Assembly (NCBI GenBank): GCA_046563655.1
Contig: CM102286.1
Coordinates: forward strand, 10,044,001-10,108,000
Reading direction: 5' to 3'
Origin: Yuukianura sp. NJ FZ-2021
Lineage: Eukaryota
Length of the DNA: 64,000 bases
The notes beneath the pieces are model-generated. The model was not told the origin of the DNA and searched no databases. It worked only from the letters and a program-made list of their open reading frames with translations. The position numbers were made by a program, and so were the translations under genes. Shown here piece after piece: positions 38,198 through 51,827 of this stretch. Within the stretch, counting starts at the first letter, position 1. The number at the start of each line of letters is the position of its first letter.

Positions 38198-39345
38198 TCC
38201 AATTACAATTATTAGAAGTTTTGAAAAATGCGATTTTATGCCGACTAACTAAACAATGCATAAGGATTTCTGACGTGAAGAAAACTGTGATGCAGTTTGC
38301 GTCAAACAGTTCTTTAATCTCTCTCTAACCACCAATTAATTATTCAACCACAAAACTTTTGTGGCTACAACGAATTAACATTAACAAGCTTTACTATTTA
38401 ACATAAACTTAATGTAATAAAAAAATTTTGAAAAGAAAATTCGATTTATCGGATTTTTTTTACCACAAATCTCGAAAATCCTTCTTTTTTTTTCAATTTT
38501 TTACCCAAAAACACCAAAAATCTTTTTAAAAATATTGCGTCTTTTAAAAATAATTTAACGTAAAAAAAAATCAACAACACTAAACGTTCAGAATAAACTA
38601 CTGCTGAATGTAATATTGGACGTGGCTTCCGGCGAGGAGTTTCTCATTTCCTCGGTTGACCTCTAACGAGGTCAAATGTCAAGGTTTTCTCTGCAACTCA
38701 AAAACGATTGGACCGATTTGGAAGCGGAAAGTCTTCGATTTCTCAAAAATTTGGAAATGGATGGACGACTTCGGAAGTGTTTTGAAGACGACGCGAGGAC
38801 TAAGATTCCGACTGCTGCATTTCCTCAAGTGACCTTTAACAATAGCAACATTGAATGTCAACAATATTGTACATGGGAATTCCTTGTGCTAGTTGATCTG
38901 ACGATGGTTACCGTATATCGTTTTTGCAAGAAGTTCAGTAAAGTAGTGCAAGCTAGTCAAAATGGTCCGGCGTTGTTTGTCTGTTGGTGTGGTCCGCAAT
39001 TATCTCGTAAATGGCCAGTACCATCAAAAATTACACATCCGGGTCAAAGGTCAACTTTCTTTTTCTATTGTTCATCATGATGCATTATTAATTCACTAAG
39101 GTATGATTGGCGGCTATAAGATTATAAGATTGTCGGCTGTGACCTGCTACCGGTAGCCGGTAATTAATGCAGCACAATCGTTCACGACTTTCGTACATTC
39201 CAGTTTACGACCGGTTTATTTAATTTCAAAAGTCGTTTTAGTTTGGTTTCTTAATATCATATCACAGGGTTTGTGCAATAAAATGGACCTTCTTACAGCT
39301 TCACTTTTTTTTGTTTCACAATGACAAGTATGCTTTGTCAAGTGT

Positions 39346-41748
<2,403 letters not shown>

Positions 41749-42345
41749 TTACGTCGTTGTTGATCTGGAATCAGGAAATTTAATGATAGTGATAAAAGTC
41801 CACTTGAAGCAATCGTAGATGATCTCACTTGTGTATCATCGAGTGGGTCCATGCCCGTTTTAAGTAATTCAATATCCATTTTCCCAGTCTTTGCAAATTG
41901 CAATATCTTTGCACCAATCAAACTAACTAAGAGGGACAATGACAACAACTGCGTGACTGCTGCGTGACATGACTATTTCGGCTCGAAACTGTGCCGGATG
42001 GACTGGATGACCTGTGACCTCTACTGTGGATGCTGGATGAGATGCTGGATGAGATGCTGAATGAGATGGAAGGAGAGAGAAGACCGACAAGACAAGTGAA
42101 GCCAATGAGAGCTTTATTCAGACTGAGTGAATGAATGGAATGAATGTATGTGCAGTAGCCTATGCTTAGCCTATGGGGGTAGAGTGGGGTGCTGTGTATG
42201 GGTGTGGTACACATTGGGGGGCTGAAAAAGGGGGTCCTCCGGGGGGTGGGGTATGTGCAAAAATCCGGGGGGACGGTCCAAAGAAAATCCAGGAAAATCC
42301 AATGTACAGGGCCGGTCATCATCATCTAATCAGGAACATGAGCAC

Positions 42346-45300
42346 CTACAGGTGTCGGTTTTGAATTTGAGTGATGGAGTCATTGATTTTTCTGACTTTG
42401 ATGTCTAAATCCACTTCCAGTGGTATGCAAGCGTCGTAATACTCTTGAAAATCAAAGAGATTATCGTATTTGTCTTTAAATGTGACAACTAACGCTTTGT
42501 CTTTAAAACCAGCTAAAGTGCGATAATTTATTCGCGTTCTATTTCTGAGATTTCTTTGATCGACTGGTTCGTTTTGTAAGTCGTTTGAATTTACAGTCGG
42601 ACTTTTATTTGAAGTATTTGGCTCTTCTAGAGCATTAGAACTGGTCTGTTGTCTTGCGACATAAGGTTTAATTTGAGAAACATGTCTCTTTCCAATACTT
42701 TTCTTGTCCGCTCTTTGTAAAATGTCAAATGTCACATTAGAAAGTCGTTCGCCCAGTTCATAAGGGCCTTGCCATCTCGGGGCTAATTTTTCCATAAAAC
42801 CAGACTCTTTGTCAGATTGAACATGGGATTTGATTAAGACTAAATCTCCCTTTTTGAAATTGTCTTGTATTCGACTTTTGTCGTACTGGATTTTATTTTT
42901 CTCATGAGCTTTTTGAATATTTTCTCGGACAAATTGAATTAACTCTTGTACCAATCTTGGTGTCTCTTTAAGTTCTTCAGAACTAAGTTCTGGCTCCTCC
43001 AGAGCTAAATTTCTGTCGAATGGTAATTGGATTTCTCTGCCAAGATTTAATAAGGCTGGTGACACTTTTGTAGTCTCGTTCATCACAGTTCTGAGCGCTA
43101 AGGCAAACTTTTGAATATTTTCTTCCCATTTATGGTGACTCGATTCCAAATACGCTTGAAGCATTGCTTTTATATTTCGGTTTGTTCGCTCGGAGTTATT
43201 AGCCTGAGCGTGGTACGGACTGATGAATTTGTGTTGAATATTCCATTCAGAGCACAAGTTTTTGAGAATGTTCGAATCGAAGTATGTAGCATTGTCAGAA
43301 AGAATTCTCTTTGGAGTGCCATACCGGCAAAATATTTGATTTTCTAAAATGTCCGCGACTTTCTTCGCTGTGATTTCTGTCACAGGAAATAATTCAATCC
43401 ATTTGGAAAGTTCATCTAGAACAACCAATAAATGTTTGCTTTGTTTTCCTCCTGCGCTCGTCGGTAGGGGTCCAATGAAATCAAAATGAATTGTAGAGAA
43501 AGCTGCCTTTGCTGGCTCTGCTAATTGCAGTAAACCGAATGGTTTATGATTGTTTGATTTGGATCTTTGACAACGATCACATGATTTGACATAACTTGCG
43601 ATTTCTTTGTTCATATTGTTCCAATAACATCTTTGTTTGATTCTTTCAAGGGTTTTGGTTCTACCCAAGTGTCCCGCCTCTGGGGCATCATGAAAAATTT
43701 GTAGGATCCTTTGAGTCATTTGCTTTGGAATAACTGGAACATAATAATCTTCTAGATTTTTTGCTTGTTGCTTTGTAGTTTTTTGACCTTCTAAGTCTAA
43801 ATTTTCAGCTGAAGTGTCTGTTTGTGCCGCGGTTTTGAAATGATTGCAATCTGGTCGTAGACAAAGTGGAATATGACAAGCAGAGCGTCGACTCTCTGTT
43901 GTATTGGTAAGTTCTGGATCCATGCCTGGATTCGTAGTCATGCCCTTGAAGGGTTTAATTTTGATGAATAGGGTGTTTCTATCCATTTTGTAACTCTCCA
44001 AGCACCTTGGCCGAGGTACTGAAGAATTCTGAAGGTGGTCAATAATCTTGGAAAGATTTTCATCCTTCCGTTGCTCCTGGGCGATTTCATCTATTGTCGG
44101 AGTACAATAGACTAAGAGAAAACTCGGTAAATAGAGTGTTTCCCGGTCTTGGAACATATCGGGGTCGTCTGGACCTTCTGGGACACTAGCACGTGATAAC
44201 GCGTCCGCCACCACGTTTTCGCATCCTTTGCGAAATCTGAGTTTCGCGTTCCACGATAAAATTTCCATTGCCCACTGCGTAAGTTTTGCTTTCTTGTTCT
44301 TCATACCTTTAAGGTATCGGACCGCTCGATTATCGGTTTCTATGATGAAGGGATGATCTTCTATGAATTCGCGGAATTTGTCGTAGGCGAAGATAATAGC
44401 ATAAAGCTCTTTTTCATAGATATGTGCGCTTCTTTCCGACTGTTTCAAAGTCTTACTCACGAACATGATTGGTCTTTCTTTCCCTTCGTGTTCTTGAACA
44501 AGGGCTGCGCCTAAGCCAGTAGTTGAGGCGTCACATTGCATAATCAGGGGTTTTGAGTAGTCAAGAGTTGTTAAAGTGACTGTATCGGAAATCGCGTCCT
44601 TAAGTTGTAGGAAGGACTCTTGTTGAGGGACATCCCACTTCCATTTCTTTCCTTTTCTGAGAAGTGTGTATAAATTTTCTGCTTTGATACTGTAGTTTTT
44701 GATGAAGCTGGAATACCAGCCACACATCCCAAGGAATCGGTAGAGTTCTTTCTTGTTAGATGGAGGTGGGTAGTTGGAAATTGCGTCTTGTTTGCTGGGT
44801 TGTTTCTGAATTCCGTTTTGAGAAGCAATATGTCCTAGATATGGAACTTCATTTTTTGCAAAAATTGATTTTTCTCTTCCAATTGTAAGATTTGCTTCGC
44901 GTAGTCTCTCTAAGACGAGTTCGAGGTGTTTCATATGTTCCTCTAGATTTTTGGAGTAGATTAGGATATCGTCCATGAAAACTTTGACAAATTTGTCTAC
45001 GTAACCATGTAGTACATTTCTCATGACTGCTTGAAAAGTTTTTGGGCTGTTTTTGAGTCCCATGGGCATCACCAAAAATTCGTAATGTCCGTCTTGTGTA
45101 ATGAATGCTGTCTTTTCGATACTATCTTCGTGCATCGGGATTTGCCAAAAGCCTCCGTTGAGATCAAGAACTGTGAAGACGTAATTCATTGGTATAGTTC
45201 TGAGAATAGAGTTGACGTTGTCCATTGGACCTGCGTTTGTCTTCATGGTGTCGTTTAGACGAATGTAATTGACACAAAGGCGATAGGAGCCTGATTTTTT

Positions 45301-46032
45301 CTTCACCATAACGACTGGAGCAGCATACGGTGAAGTAGAATGTCGAATCATTCCTTTCTGAAGTAACTTTTCGATTTCTTGATTCATAATTTCTCTCACA
45401 TTTGGTGAGTACGAGTAAGGTGCAACTGCAATTGGTCTGCCTTGAGTTTCGATCTGATGACATCCGAAGCTTGTTCGTCCATAATTTCCATCCGGTCTTG
45501 CGACATCGGGGAATTTTTTGAGTACTTCTAGTACTTTTGCCTCTCTCGGATCTACTTTTTCATTTTCTGGAGGATTTTCAGTTGTAACTGTCAGAGCTAC
45601 TATTTTAGCGTCTCGTTCTGGAGAAAATTTTGTTTTGAATATTTCATTTGGCCTGGACTTGAACCAAAATTGATCTGTAGAAACATCAATGATGATCTGG
45701 TACTTGTGCATGACATCACGACCAATGATTAAAGGAAATGGTAGTGTCTGCATCACAAAAGCTTTGACGTAGATGAATGTTCCTCCAAATTTGAGTTGAA
45801 GATTGATTTTTCCTAATGGCTTCAATTTTGAATTGTCAGCAATGGTAAGTTGAAGTAAACACGGTTCGAAGAGTTTTTGAATTTTGTGAGCCAAATTTTT
45901 GTGAATAAGGGTGTAGTCACTGCCGGAATCGAATAACGCGTGAATTTCTTCTTGAGAGTTTGAGGTTGCGCAAAGAGAACTCAATTTGAGAATTGGGAGT
46001 AAATAAGATTGCGCTGTCTTATTCTCCCTCAA
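42346..46032 (-). CDS. pol: Gypsy Pol (protease-RT-RNase H-integrase), expressed by -1 frameshift
   Basis: ALFDSGS, MPMGLKNSP, VFMDDILIYS, QCDAS, H..GH..CDRC, integrase D-D-E core and WQGPY, in Gypsy domain order. Confidence 0.97.
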   Translation of the reverse strand: MRENKTAQSYLLPILKLSSLCATSNSQEEIHALFDSGSDYTLIHKNLAHKIQKLFEPCLLQLTIADNSKLKPLGKINLQLKFGGTFIYVKAFVMQTLPFPLIIGRDVMHKYQIIIDVSTDQFWFKSRPNEIFKTKFSPERDAKIVALTVTTENPPENEKVDPREAKVLEVLKKFPDVARPDGNYGRTSFGCHQIETQGRPIAVAPYSYSPNVREIMNQEIEKLLQKGMIRHSTSPYAAPVVMVKKKSGSYRLCVNYIRLNDTMKTNAGPMDNVNSILRTIPMNYVFTVLDLNGGFWQIPMHEDSIEKTAFITQDGHYEFLVMPMGLKNSPKTFQAVMRNVLHGYVDKFVKVFMDDILIYSKNLEEHMKHLELVLERLREANLTIGREKSIFAKNEVPYLGHIASQNGIQKQPSKQDAISNYPPPSNKKELYRFLGMCGWYSSFIKNYSIKAENLYTLLRKGKKWKWDVPQQESFLQLKDAISDTVTLTTLDYSKPLIMQCDASTTGLGAALVQEHEGKERPIMFVSKTLKQSERSAHIYEKELYAIIFAYDKFREFIEDHPFIIETDNRAVRYLKGMKNKKAKLTQWAMEILSWNAKLRFRKGCENVVADALSRASVPEGPDDPDMFQDRETLYLPSFLLVYCTPTIDEIAQEQRKDENLSKIIDHLQNSSVPRPRCLESYKMDRNTLFIKIKPFKGMTTNPGMDPELTNTTESRRSACHIPLCLRPDCNHFKTAAQTDTSAENLDLEGQKTTKQQAKNLEDYYVPVIPKQMTQRILQIFHDAPEAGHLGRTKTLERIKQRCYWNNMNKEIASYVKSCDRCQRSKSNNHKPFGLLQLAEPAKAAFSTIHFDFIGPLPTSAGGKQSKHLLVVLDELSKWIELFPVTEITAKKVADILENQIFCRYGTPKRILSDNATYFDSNILKNLCSEWNIQHKFISPYHAQANNSERTNRNIKAMLQAYLESSHHKWEENIQKFALALRTVMNETTKVSPALLNLGREIQLPFDRNLALEEPELSSEELKETPRLVQELIQFVRENIQKAHEKNKIQYDKSRIQDNFKKGDLVLIKSHVQSDKESGFMEKLAPRWQGPYELGERLSNVTFDILQRADKKSIGKRHVSQIKPYVARQQTSSNALEEPNTSNKSPTVNSNDLQNEPVDQRNLRNRTRINYRTLAGFKDKALVVTFKDKYDNLFDFQEYYDACIPLEVDLDIKVRKINDSITQIQNRHL

Positions 46033-47780
46033 TAGTTTAAATTTTGAGATGAATTTTGTTCCTGTCCCTCTAAGACTTGAAATTCTTTTTGTTCAATTTC
46101 TCCAGTGAATAGAACAAGCGGTTCCTTGTTGCCACATTCATTAGCCCAATGCCCATAACCTTGGCACTTTGGGCATTTCCCAGGGGGATCTTTCTGCGAT
46201 TTGGAACTCGGTCCTGGCTGTTGATTGTCATTATTTCTTCCTTGTTCGGAATTTTGGTTTTGGAAATTCCCATATCCTTGGTTTTGATAACTTCGTTTGT
46301 AACCTCGACTGAATTGTCTGGCAGAATTGTATCCACGATTGGAGTACTGAGCCACATATCCTTCATCTTGCGATCCGGAATTTCGTTGAAAAGGGTTGTA
46401 ATTGGGATTGTAGTTTCTGCCTTTGTAATTTGGGTTCTGATAATATCCGTGTCCTTGGACACGTCTGTAAAATCCTCTAGATCGATTTCTGGGATTTGGG
46501 AACCCTCCAGGTTGAGATTGATTCTCTTCTTGAGAGTCTTGTTGTTGATTCAATTCGGAATTGTAAACGACTATAGAGTCTTGTTGATAATTCTGAGCAT
46601 TGTTATTTCCTCGTCCACCAAAATTCTGGTACGGGTGGGATTGAAATCTCTGTGAAAAGTTTCCTCGCTGATTGGTAACTGTATTCTGGAGACTGGGTGC
46701 CACGAGTGGAGGTAAAGCGTCATAAATTCTTCGACTTTTGTCCTCTGCAGTAAGATTTTCATGTGCAACTCGACAAGCTGCAAACAATTCTTGTGGAGTC
46801 TCGAACTCTCTTTCTCCAAGTGGGGTTCTGAGTCTTGGAAACAATGAAGCTTTGACTCTTTTGATCATTTGTTTTAGTGTTTCATTTGGAAAACACAACT
46901 TTGCTAATCGTAGCATTTCATAGATGTACGTCTCCGTAGGATCTTTAAAATGTTGAACTCTGTTCGTGAAATATTTGATCCGATTTCTCTGTTCATCCTC
47001 TCCGTCGAAACGTTCAATGAAAATTTTCTTAAATTCTTCCCAATCCTTTGTTTCGGAATGGACATGTTGCCACCAAGCGTGACTTTCCTCTGGAAGAACA
47101 GTTTTGACTAAATATAGCCATTGTTGAGGTGCGTGACCTTGCGTAGTGAAGAAACGTTCAACGTCTTTGAGAAATGATTCTGCGGTATGCCGCTTTGGAT
47201 TAAACTTTGGAAGTGGCAGTTGAGAATTAACTGCTGTAACACGAACATTTTTGAGAGCTTCAGCCAAGGCTTCCGTCGTAACGAAGCTTGAAGTCGGAGA
47301 GGCTGGTGAATGTGAAGTTGAAATTTGTAAGCTTTTGGGCCGCTGTGATGAAGTTGATTGAATTGGGATTGATCCAATTTGTTGTTGACCCAGTTGATCA
47401 TTTGTCTGAGCTAATTGTTGCTGTTGAACAGCTTTTCTTTGAGCTTTAGCTGCTTGCTTGGTCCGTTCCGCTTCATTGAGAGCAGCGGAGAATAATTGAG
47501 CAAGAGCTGACATCTGTCGGTCACTGAATGGATAATCTCCTTCTTCTTCTTGTTGGTTTGATGTGTCAGTCATTTGTTGATCCAAATTCAAATTCTGCTC
47601 GAAATTTTGATTTTCTGGCGTAGAATGTGCGGTACTTGCTGAGCTTCCAGCTTCCTCTGACCTTTGACCTTCTAGGTCTGACATTATTGTAGTTGATTTG
47701 CGAATTATTCGTCCACTTCGAGTTTTACTTGGTCCAAATGTTGGAGTTGGAATTTTCGTTTGCGTAGGTTTTTTGCTCAT
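46029..47780 (-). CDS. gag: Gypsy Gag with a CCHC zinc knuckle
   Basis: 583-aa ORF with a capsid-like region (AWW...WEEFKKIFIERF), a Q/N-rich region and CPKCQGYGHWANEC. Confidence 0.93.
   Translation of the reverse strand: MSKKPTQTKIPTPTFGPSKTRSGRIIRKSTTIMSDLEGQRSEEAGSSASTAHSTPENQNFEQNLNLDQQMTDTSNQQEEEGDYPFSDRQMSALAQLFSAALNEAERTKQAAKAQRKAVQQQQLAQTNDQLGQQQIGSIPIQSTSSQRPKSLQISTSHSPASPTSSFVTTEALAEALKNVRVTAVNSQLPLPKFNPKRHTAESFLKDVERFFTTQGHAPQQWLYLVKTVLPEESHAWWQHVHSETKDWEEFKKIFIERFDGEDEQRNRIKYFTNRVQHFKDPTETYIYEMLRLAKLCFPNETLKQMIKRVKASLFPRLRTPLGEREFETPQELFAACRVAHENLTAEDKSRRIYDALPPLVAPSLQNTVTNQRGNFSQRFQSHPYQNFGGRGNNNAQNYQQDSIVVYNSELNQQQDSQEENQSQPGGFPNPRNRSRGFYRRVQGHGYYQNPNYKGRNYNPNYNPFQRNSGSQDEGYVAQYSNRGYNSARQFSRGYKRSYQNQGYGNFQNQNSEQGRNNDNQQPGPSSKSQKDPPGKCPKCQGYGHWANECGNKEPLVLFTGEIEQKEFQVLEGQEQNSSQNLNY
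46035..46041 (-). promoter_or_regulatory. -1 ribosomal frameshift heptamer U UUA AAC
   Basis: Located just before the gag stop. A -1 shift reads directly into LLRENKTAQ of pol. Confidence 0.85.
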
Positions 47781-49769
47781 TAAGCACTTTTCAGAATCCT
47801 TCTAGGATTTATCGTTATGAATTTTGATTTTTAATTTAAAATTGTTCAATTTAACAGTTAACTTGTTTTAAAAACTTTAATTTTTAACGAAAATCCAATT
47901 TTTTCTTTGCTTTAAGAAGTTTGTCAATTGATTTGTAAATTATTTAAATCGTTAACGAGAATTAATTAATTAAAATCTTTACAAATGTGCAAAAGTTCGT
48001 TAAAAGTTATTTATTAACAATTTGTCCCTCTAGGACTGAATTTATTTACTTTACAGTTGAGTCTGAATTAATTTTAAAACAAAACAGTTAATTTTTACGC
48101 GAAAGTTTGAATTTAGCAATTGTTTTTATCGAACAGCTGACTTTTGTTTTTGTTTTGATTTGAAATGTCAATTTTTTGCGAAATTGGAATTTGTTTTGTC
48201 AATCAGCTGACTTTTGTTTGTTTACATCTCAAATGTCAAATGTCAATTGTCAATTGTCAATTTTTTGTTTTGCAATTGGAATTTGTATTTCGTATTTTGT
48301 TTTGCAGTTTTGCAACTTTTCAATTGTACTTTCGTAAGTTTTTTGACATACGTCAATTTGCTCAATTCTGATTGGCTGTCTTTTCACCTGTGGTGGTATG
48401 GTCGGGTGGGAACATAATCTCCCCTTCTTCTCGCTTTTTCTTTTTTCCGTTATGGGCGTGGCTTCTGAACAGCCATCTTAGCTTTTTTACCAAAAAGACG
48501 CTATCTTTTTAGATTTTTTGAAAAATCGGGCAGCACCCGTGCCCCAAATTACAATTTGCACAAAAATTAGCCTTCTAGGCCTTATGTCGTTGACCCCTGA
48601 CCTTCTGGTCGCTTGAAGGGGTGATGTTCTATGCTGTGCAGATGGAAAAGGAAGAAAAAGACACGAAAGGGCTCTATCTTCGACTTTATGTTTTTAAAAT
48701 TTTTTACAGTTTTAGAAAATTTTAGCCAATTTTTAACTTTTTATCTTTTTAAATTTTTAACTTTTTAGTTTTTAAACGTTAAGTTTCCCGTCCTCGGCTC
48801 CACTGACGGGCTTTGTTTTAAACGAAAATCGTGAAAATGAAGCGAAAAGGAAAGGAATTCTCTTTGACTTTCACATTTTGACAGTTTTTGTTAATTTTTT
48901 ACCGCTGTTTCAGTTGTCTCCGAGGATTGCAGGGTAGTCTCCTTGATTCACGGAACGTCACGTGTGCCGGATGGACTGAATGACCTGTGACCTCTACTGT
49001 GGATGCTGGATGAGATGCTGGATGAGATGCTGAATGAGATGGAAGGAGAGAGAAGACCGACAAGACAAGTGAAGCCAATGAGAGCTTTATTCAGACTGAG
49101 TGAATGAATGGAATGAATGTATGTGCAGTAGCCTATGCTTAGCCTATGGGGGTAGAGTGGGGTGCTGTGTATGGGTGTGGTACAAAACCTAAAAACTAAC
49201 GCAATACCTAAAATAGGCAAACTATCTTGTTTGATATTTAAAGTAAACTAACCCTGTTGGCAATTAATTGAATATCTTGGTAATTAACTAAGCTTATATC
49301 GCTATATTTTAAACTGATTTCAAAATAGGAAAATATCAACTCCAGAGAATGTGTAGCGGAAGGTTTAATATTTGTGATATCATGTTTAAAGATTTTAATT
49401 TTGTAATTTTAACTAACATTACAAATATTACATTCACTACAAAAAAGTAAGCGTTAGTTAGAAAAGAAAGCCGTCGTGAAAGACGTGCATCTGAGTTTTC
49501 AGAGGATTGGTGTATGCCTTTCCAAAGTCTTTTGAAAGAGTTTTGTGAATGTTTTCATCTGCTTCTGCCTCTGGCTGATGTTCAAGTTCAATCCAAATTC
49601 AATCTTCAAGTTAGTATTTTCAATTTCAAGCTCAAGGGCTCAACTGATCACTGTTCAGCTATATATTAGAAAAGTAAGTTGCAATAGCCGAGGTTGAGCT
49701 CAGAATTAATCGATCAGTACCAGTAGTTTTGTTTTCTCCACAACCATTTATTCTTTTATTGTCTAGATA

Positions 49770-50986
49770 ATGTCTGCACGTCCTGTTCGACTTCGACCTA
49801 CATTAAACGTCAAGTTGGATTTGGATAATGGACCACCGGAAGTGAAACGCCGCCGATATGGGAATGGTGGAAGCCTTATTGGTGTAACAGGCGGATTAAC
49901 AGGCAATAATGGTGGTGGAACTACAACGAGGAGTGCGGGCACTGGACCAAGAACGCGGGGGATGATCGAGCTACATTTAGGAAATACGGCAGAAATCGAT
50001 GATTCCAGAACGCCTGACGATGGAAATACGGCAGAGAATGAAGGCACTGAAAAAGGAGATTCTTCTTCAGCGGACTCGTCGAGTTCGGAATCGAGCGATT
50101 CGTGTGACTCAGATGAGAGCTCAGGTATAAGCCTAAGCCTACACCTTTCTTTGCATGAGCTTGATTATATAATTATATAATGGTTTTTTCGATTACCAGA
50201 TATGGACGAGGATGAATGTGACAAGAAACGATCAGATTTACAGAGTGGTCTCGGAGATATCGAAAAGCAATTCGTGTACCTTAGAGAAATGTAAGTCTCC
50301 TGTCAATGAATCTTCCTTGGATTATGATACAAATCATATCACTAAAGAAGGATCAAAATTATCTTTTATTTTTTGAAGGTCGTACAGCGAGAGGGCAATC
50401 CATGTGGATAAGAAATTCGAAGAGGTAAAAGCCGGAACTGCCGTTGAGTTTATGAATCAGTTACAATGTCTTCAAGAAAATATGAAAGTTCGTGTCGTGG
50501 TAGCGTCGGCCATACGGGATTACCGTACAGAAAATTTAGAAAACACCGTTGACGCGGAACGTATCTCAGCGAACCAAACCCTCGAGGTAACTACTGTGAA
50601 TTCATAAGGTTTCCGATTCCAGAACTCAAAATATTCCGAAACTACTAATATGAAAAAAGTCATTCACTTTTCTTCTCTTTTAGAATGATAAGGCAATGCT
50701 ACGAGACTCCATTATGCTTGGCATCGAAGAGAAGATAAATCGATTAGAGCAAGACCGAAACAACGATTTTAGTTCCGAGCTTTGGATGGGAACAGTGAAA
50801 CGGAAGATTAATACCAGTAGTAGGGACATATTTGGTGAAAAGAAGAAAAAGCCAGCTATTGTGTCCGGTCCATACATAGTTTACATGCTTCACGATGTCG
50901 ATATCATGGAAGATTGGACGGCTATCAAGAAAGCAGCTATCGCATCCCGACGGAAAGCTTTCACCACAGAAGTACTAGCCTACTAG
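49770..50986 (+). CDS. Brms1: BRMS1/Sds3-family Sin3-HDAC subunit (exons 49770-50124, 50200-50290, 50379-50586, 50684-50986)
   Basis: Acidic/Ser-rich N-terminus, EKQFVYLRE coiled coil, KKKKPAIVSGPYIVYMLHDVDIMEDWTAIKKA. Confidence 0.88.
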
Positions 50987-51355
50987 CTATTCCGTTTCTG
51001 TTTGGATCGGAGCATGGATGAAAACATTCCCAATGTGCAATTTCTCATCCGTGGGATTGGAACAAGATTATACTTTTAATACTTTTATTTTGACAGCATT
51101 TTTCATACCCCCTGAAAGTTCTCAATTAGCACTCTGTCCACTTTGTAAATGTTATTACAAACTTTACAACTAGAACTAAGTAGGGATTAAAGTTTCCTTG
51201 CCTTTACCTATGTATCTCAATTTTATTTTTTAAAATACTACTTCCGGTTGATACTTCTGACTTCTTTGGTTATAACTTCTGAATTTAAGTTATGTATTGT
51301 AGCAAGCTGAAGCTCTGATCTTTTGAGCTATGTGTTCAAGTCAGGAAGCCGAAAC

Positions 51356-51827
51356 CTAATTCAATTTGCTATTTCCAACGTGAAAAACTTGAAGCACGAA
51401 AATAACTGTACCGACGATTGTTCTGCCCCAGTGAAAGTTCTTCCATTTTGTGACAATTTCTTTTACGGATTTGGAGTCTTCATTACGGTTGATACGGAAG
51501 AGATGGTCGTTGATGGGTTTCATAAAGATGAGAGTGTACAGGATAATGCTGCTACTCAGAATGCCGGAAGCTAGGTATCCAGCGTTGTTTGCTACTCCTC
51601 CTTCATTCTTAAAGAGGCAGTACATGCTTGCAGCCGTGGATGTCAAAAGTGAGGTTACGGCAACCTTGGACGCTCTAAGATAAACAATTCTCCAACATGG
51701 GAGTGGGTCGCTGCTGGCTAGTATTCCAGGAACCGCCGTCAAGCTAATGCCCAGGTTCATTCCAGCGAATATTCCTGTGGATACTGTCAAAAGCCGTGAC
51801 ACGTTGTCTGCGTTAATCAATGAACCC
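51356..51827 (-). CDS. DUF1772 / anthrone-oxygenase-like membrane protein (last exon; start not located)
   Basis: GIFAG...VP, W..Y..A, YTLIFMKPINDHL and VKEIVTKWKNFHWGRT with four hydrophobic segments. Splice acceptor at ~51828. Confidence 0.75.

Larger units (their letters stand above)
41990..49184 (-). mobile_element. Intact, recently inserted Ty3/Gypsy LTR retrotransposon
   Basis: 222-bp LTRs (41990-42211, 48963-49184) differing at one position, AAAC TSD on both sides, open gag and pol. Confidence 0.97.

Noticed and set aside
41927..42325. ORFs overlapping the Gypsy LTRs (also 48948-49220)
   Set aside because: Incidental frames through the duplicated LTR sequence.
44960..44985. FMDD instead of YxDD in RT as an inactivating change
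   Set aside because: FxDD is a common functional variant in Ty3/Gypsy RTs.
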